From Eledone cirrhosa (lineage: Eukaryota): 64,000 nt of DNA. Positions within the stretch are counted from its first letter, which is position 1. Every line of letters starts with the position of its first letter. Both the position numbers and the translations under genes were made by a program. The stretch lies in the NCBI GenBank assembly GCA_964016885.1, contig OZ024742.1:286812001-286876000 (forward strand), read 5' to 3'. This document shows, in pieces, positions 58,273 through 64,000 of this stretch. The notes below the pieces were generated by a model. The model saw nothing but the letters and a program-made list of their open reading frames with translations. It was not told where the DNA came from and searched no databases.

Positions 58273-58850
58273 CACTGGTCAACTCACTTTTTGCTGACTT
58301 AGGTTTCGTTGTTGTTTTTAGTTAATTTTGAGGTGCTGATTTCAAATATGGCATCCATTTCTTCCTAAAACAACAGATTTTCATTCCATAGCACATCTCT
58401 ATTTTATTATGCACTGTATGAATAATATAATTTGCTTAGGATGGGTTCCTAGGTCTTATAGCTTGAAACCATAAGTTATAATGTCAATAGAATCTGATAA
58501 GATAGATGAAATATAAGTTAAAATCACTTTTTATTAAATACATCTTGTTAATTCTCAAATAAAATGGATAAAGCACAAACAATCGTACACTAACCAACAT
58601 ATTCATGGAACAGATTTTCTCTTATGAGAACGCCTGGAGTGTTTCATGTCTACAGTCTCTTTGAATACTCCAACAGTAGTCTGCCATCATGTGTGTATTC
58701 CATCTACCTTGATATCTCTCCTCCATCACCTTGATATCTTGATGGAAGCGCTCACAATGCTCATCGCTCACGTCTCCAAGATTAGCAGGAAATTCATCAA
58801 GATGGCTCTTGAGGAAATGAATCTTTATGCTCATGTCGCAGTCTAAAGCA
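58273..58850 (-). mobile_element. 3' remnant of a DNA transposon with a transposase C-terminal fragment (Chapaev3/CMC-like by motif recall)
   Basis: ORF 58622-58834 reads MSIKIHFLKSHLDEFPANLGDVSDEHCERFHQDIKVMEERYQGRW..MMADYCW. Candidate terminus CACTGG at 58273, with subterminal TTTTGAGGTGCTGATTTCAAATATG. Confidence 0.72.
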
Positions 58851-59474
58851 TTGTTAAGTCAAATGCTTATAGTATCTCTACTGATAGACAGATCGTTGTG
58901 GAAATTGACAGTATTAGTATAAAGGTTTTCATTTTTCATGCACAACAGTCATGGTACTGTTTTGTACTTTTTAAGAATGACTCGTTAATGCAGTTCAATG
59001 TGATACAAGACATTATGTATTAACTATATCTCTAAAACCTGTCTTCTTTCTTCTACCTTCACACCAAATTATATTTTTCTATCGCGTGATATTCAACCTA
59101 CTTCTTTCCAAGGAACATTACATTGTTCTGACTTTATTTTTCATCCTTTGATTCTTTTACTATAATTAAGAAGTAGGAACCTTCCGTCCTAGAATATAAA
59201 ATAAAGAAATATCAAGCGCCCGTCTTAGAATGTAAAAAGAAAAAAAACTGCCATTAAAGGACACTAGTGACTGTTTCACGTGTAAGATCTACGTGTGAGT
59301 TCCTGCAAAGTCCAAGGCCAAGAATTTGCCAAAAATAAAGATAAATAAATAAACAAATAGAATTGTTGAAAGAACCAATCAGATTGCATCAAATAAATCC
59401 CGATATAGTTGAGATAAACATTATTCATGAACTACGGCTTGTAAGTCGTAAAAGTACTTGGACAATAATCATGT

Positions 59475-59526
59475 ATATACACACACACACACACACGCAC
59501 ACGCACACACACACACACACACACAT

Positions 59527-59558
<32 letters not shown>

Positions 59559-59742
59559 GTCTTTCACATATACACACATATATATACATACTGTCTTTCG
59601 CACATACATACGCACACATATATATTGTCTTTCAGACAGATACACATGCACACACACACACAATGTCTTTCACACACACCTTCGCACACATACGAACATA
59701 CACACGCGCACGAATATTCACGCGCGCACACATACTATCTTT

Positions 59743-59777
<35 letters not shown>

Positions 59778-60270
59778 GGGGGTATCTTTATACATATGCA
59801 TGTATATACATATACATGTATATATATCTATGTATGTTTACATACATGAACATACGTATATATATCATGCTAAGAAGTTATATCTGTTTATATAACTCTA
59901 TGCGTGTGTATATGTGTTTGTGAGAGTGAATGTGTGCGCTTTTGCGTGTGTGTGTCTCAGAGAGAGAGAGAGAGAGCAAATGTATGTATGTATGTATATG
60001 GGTGTCTGTGTGTGTGTGTGTATGTCTGTGTGTGTGTGTTTCTGTTTGTGTCTGTGCAAATGTGTCTGTGCATATGTGCCTGTATGTGTTTCTGTGTGTG
60101 CATGTGTGTGTGTATGTGTGTGTATGTGTGTGTGTGTCTGTGTGTGTGTGTGTTTCTGTTTGTGTCTGTATGTGTCTCTGTGTGTGTATGTGTGTGTATG
60201 TGTATGTATGCGTGTGTGTGTCTGTTTGTGTGTCTGTGTGTGTTTCTGTGTATGTATGTTTGTGTATATG
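59475..60270. repeat. Degenerate (CA)n/(TA)n followed by (TG)n microsatellite complex
   Basis: Direct reading; polarity switches from CA-rich to TG-rich near 59900. Confidence 0.9.
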
Positions 60271-60440
60271 TTAGCCTTGTGTAATATCACATGATCGAAG
60301 AAAGAATAAATACGGAGAAGGTTAAGTCGAAATTAGACAATTGCGGCAGACGTAGACGAAGGAGAGGTTGATTAGAAGGGGAGATAAGTCAGTTGGACTG
60401 ACAGAGAGGAGCAGAGGAGCAGTAACAGTAGCAAAGAGAC

Positions 60441-60463
60441 ATCATGACCGCAGACAGAATCAT

Positions 60464-60495
<32 letters not shown>

Positions 60496-61097
60496 TCGTT
60501 TCTATCACCACCACCGTCATCATCACCATCACCATCACCAACACTATTATCATCATCATTACTATCACCACCATCATCATCATTACTATTACTATCAACA
60601 TCACCGTCATCATCATCATTACTATCATCATCACCATTACTATCATCATCACCATCATCCTCAACAGTACCACCACCACCACCACTACCACGACCACCAC
60701 CATCACCACCACCACCATCTCCACCATCACCACCACCACCACCACCACCACCATCACCATCATCATCAACATCGCCACAACCATCACCACCACCATCACC
60801 ACCACCATCATCTCCACCATCATCACCACCACCACCACCACCACCACCACCATCACCATCAACATCATCATCAACATCACCACAGCCATCACCACCACCA
60901 TCATCACCACCATCACTTCCACCACCACCACCATCATCATCATCACCACCACCACCACCACCACCACCACCATCACCACCACCACCACCATCACCATCAT
61001 CATCAACATTACCAACACCACCACCACTACCATCACCACCACCATCACCTCCACCATCATCATTATCTCCATCACCATCACCACCACCATCACCATG
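60441..61097. repeat. (CAC/CAT)n trinucleotide tract
   Basis: Direct reading; gives spurious poly-His/Thr ORFs. Confidence 0.92.
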
Positions 61098-61329
61098 ATA
61101 GTGATAAGTGATGCAAGTAGCAACGATGTGCTGTATCGTGGTAAAACCAATTTATTCTCTATCTATCTATCTATCGATCAACCGACCGACCAACCGATTA
61201 GTCTGCCAACTTCCAGTCACTGCAGCAGCAGCAACAACAACAGCAACAGTAGCAGCAGTAGCAGCAGCAGTAGCAAATTACGAACATCAAACTGTGATCT
61301 TGTCTAGAAACATATAGAGTATCAGCAGT

Positions 61330-61553
61330 CTGTGTGTGTATGTATGGGTATGTATGTATGTGTACATGTGCGTATGTACGTGTGTGTATGTATGTATGTA
61401 TGTACGTATGTATATATCTATGTATGTATGTATATGAGTATGCATGTATGTATCTATGTATGTATGTAAGTATGTACGTTTGTATATATGTATGTATATA
61501 TGTAAGTGAGTATGCATGTATGTGTCTATGTATGTATGTATCTATGTATGTAT
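61330..61553. repeat. (TATG)n-type microsatellite
   Basis: Direct reading. Confidence 0.88.
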
Positions 61554-62109
61554 GCAGGGCCGGATTTATAGTGGGGGAATTTGCCCCAGAACCCCCCCCC
61601 CCCTCCCAGCAGGCGGCCCTTCCGGGAGGGAAAGGGCCTAGCAAGATAAATGTGCCCTGGGACTAAAAAAGGTGTGACCCCTGATAGGCTTTTTAGTTTT
61701 ATCTTTTAGACAGACCAGAACAATATTTTAACATAAAATACTTAATGTCAATCCTGTGGTCAATTCTTCGAAAGCTCTCTACTTTAGCGGCATCAAATAG
61801 TTGTTATGGAATGTAAAGCTATGTATAATGCAAGAATATGTATATATATTAGAAAGAGTAGGGGTCGACGACTGAGCTCTTGCCATTCCAACAGCTAGTT
61901 CCAGACACTACTAGCCCAAGTATCGACCAACGATTAGTATATTCGTTCTCACTTTGAAGTGCGTGCTTTTGTATCCCAGGAAAAAGAAATAACAAAAGGC
62001 ACATAAATGATGGAAATGCATGTAAGATTTCTAGATGCAACAATAGATGCTGACTCTGTTGAATAAACACTGAAGATACCACACACTTTATAAGTAACTG
62101 TCTGAAAAT

Positions 62110-62228
62110 AACTATTTCTACTTTAGGCACAAGGCCAGCAATTACCCAGTACATTACTGGTACTTTATTTTATCGACCCCGTAAGGATGAAAGGCAAAGT
62201 TAACCTCGGCGGGATTTGAACTCAGAAT
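62110..62228 (-). mobile_element. tRNA-derived SINE fragment with Deu/Nin-like central domain
   Basis: Minus strand reads B-box GTTCAAATCC, then CCGAGGTTAACTTTGCCTTTCATCCTTACGGGGTCGATAAAATAAAGTACCAG and the 3' tail. Confidence 0.75.
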
Positions 62229-62473
62229 GACAAGGGACGTAACTCTAACTGTCTGAAAATAACCTCAAAATATACTATCTTCTTGAATAATGACACCGTA
62301 GCCGAAATATTATGCAATACATTCCGCCGGATAGTCCTTAATGTAAGACGTTACAGGGAGGAGGGCTTCTATACTCGTTCGTAATATGGAAGAATATTGT
62401 AGACAAATATGGTATCCTGAAACTGATGCCCTGAATATTTTTTTTTTTTACTTAATACAAACTAAAAACTTTT

Positions 62474-62649
62474 CTGTTGTTGCTATTGTTGCTGTTATCG
62501 CTGCTGTTGCTTCTGTTGTTGTTGCTGCTGCTGTTACTACTGCTGTTGCTGCTGCTGCTTCTGTTGATATTGTTATTGTTGTTGTTGCTGCTGCTGCTGT
62601 TGTTGATGTTGCTTCTGTTGTTACTGCTGTTGTTATTGTTGCTATTGTT
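62474..62649. repeat. (GTT/GCT)n trinucleotide tract
   Basis: Direct reading. Confidence 0.9.
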
Positions 62650-63729
62650 TAGATACAGGTCAGGATAAATCCGCAATAAGAGAAATTTCAGAATTCCAAC
62701 AGGGAAAACATTTTTTCCGTCAATACCCTACTATTTTGACTGAGTTTGATGACAATAATAACTTAATATAAGGTTGTTAACATTATCTAATAAACTATGT
62801 TATATATAAAACTAATAATATTAAATTAATATAAAACTTAATTTTATGTAATAAATTGTTATAAACAGGACTACTATTTTTTTTTCCTTTATCATGTATG
62901 AATAAAAATCGGGTTGGTGAACTGGTAAAGGGGGGAAATACAGAACAAAGGTTAAGAAATATATGTCTAGATCAAGTAGACTTATAATTAATGGTATTAC
63001 AAACATGACTATTAAACTACAACCTCACAAAACATTTAACTTTATTGTCTTAAACAATAGAAATATTAATCTAGAGTTATTATTACGGTTTTAGTTATCT
63101 GGCAAATATTGCATGTTATAGCGAAATTATTGCTGTGTTAAATTTTCTCTTTTCTATATGTGGTTGTTAATCGATATGTGAAAAAAAAAGAAACACAAAA
63201 TGCTTATTTAAGAACATTAAAAGACGTGAGAATTCTGTATTTAATCTATGAGAGGAATTATATCTACGGTGGGTGAAAAACAGTTTTGAAAATGTATACG
63301 AGCAACACATTGTAAAATCGCCTGTCTTTGTTTTAACAGAACCTTATCTAATATTGAAACCTCCAACGTTGAGACAAGATAAACCTCAGACAAAGCCATC
63401 GCCTCTATAAGTGTTTGTCTAGTTCAGAGAAGGTCCAGGGGGCGCTGGGGCCTAAGGAGGCGCGGGTGGGGTGGGTGAGGGTTATAGATATAAGAGAGAT
63501 ATAATAGCATATTAAATATCAAATGATACATATTACATATTATTTATAATTTGTGTGTAGGCAATAGGGTTGGAAGCACTGAGGGTATTACATGGCCGTG
63601 ATGGGGGGGGGGGGGGGGCAAAAAGTTTGAGAACCTCTGATCTAGTTAATAAATGTTTTTGGGGTTTTTTTAGGCAGAGTACCAGCAATTTGTGGTGGAG
63701 CAATTTGTGGTGGAGGAAGGGAGAAGCCA

Positions 63730-63812
63730 ATTAAATCGACCTAATACTTAATTAGAGGTTTATTTTGTCGACCCCAGAAGGATTATAGGGAGACCTCAGC
63801 AAGATTTGAACT
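63730..63812 (-). mobile_element. Diverged SINE fragment, same family
   Basis: TTTATTTTGTCGACCCCAGAAGGAT...ACCTCAGCAAGATTTGAACT parallels 62164-62222. Confidence 0.55.
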
Positions 63813-63924
63813 GGAGGTTGTATTAAGTGCCGTTATACAATGTGGTGCTGAGATGATATGGTGGAGGTGATGAACCGTTTTGTACTTCCGCTATTAGAAA
63901 CTACGCTTATTTACCTTAACCATT

Positions 63925-64000
63925 GTCGCCGAGGTTAACTTTGCCTTTCATCCTTACGGGGTCGATAAAATAAAGCACCAGTAATACACTGGGGAAATTT
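63925..64000 (+). mobile_element. SINE central-domain fragment running off the window end
   Basis: GCCGAGGTTAACTTTGCCTTTCATCCTTACGGGGTCGATAAAATAAAGCACCAGTAATACACTGGG. Confidence 0.75.

Noticed and set aside
60368-61307. Poly-His, poly-Thr and poly-Val ORFs
   Set aside because: These are translations of a (CAC/CAT)n microsatellite open in several frames.
61555-61680. CAGGGCCGGATTT resembling a hAT terminal inverted repeat
   Set aside because: No matching opposite end or 8-bp TSD was found in the window, so it is too weak to call.

Overview
This is AT-rich, microsatellite-dense animal DNA with no recognisable host gene. The SINE types suggest a cephalopod or other mollusc, but that is inference. 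Bases 1-~37,225 are one satellite array of related 42-bp and 27-bp monomers with higher-order repeats; its long ORFs are by-products of the repeat. The remaining ~27 kb is a nest of mobile elements, mostly next to (TA)n tracts. It holds four Penelope-like retroelements (PLEs; RT plus GIY-YIG endonuclease) of two types, several minimal hammerhead ribozymes including catalytic-core variants, two MITE-like elements, SINE fragments and a Chapaev-like transposase remnant. The highlight is an apparently intact, young PLE at 40752-45812 with identical 219-bp pseudo-LTRs, each carrying a U3-A8 variant hammerhead. Its coiled-coil/basic ORF1 overlaps the RT-EN ORF in the -1 frame, with an in-phase HIV-like slippery site (T TTT TTA GGG AA). 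This suggests gag-pol-style programmed -1 frameshifting.
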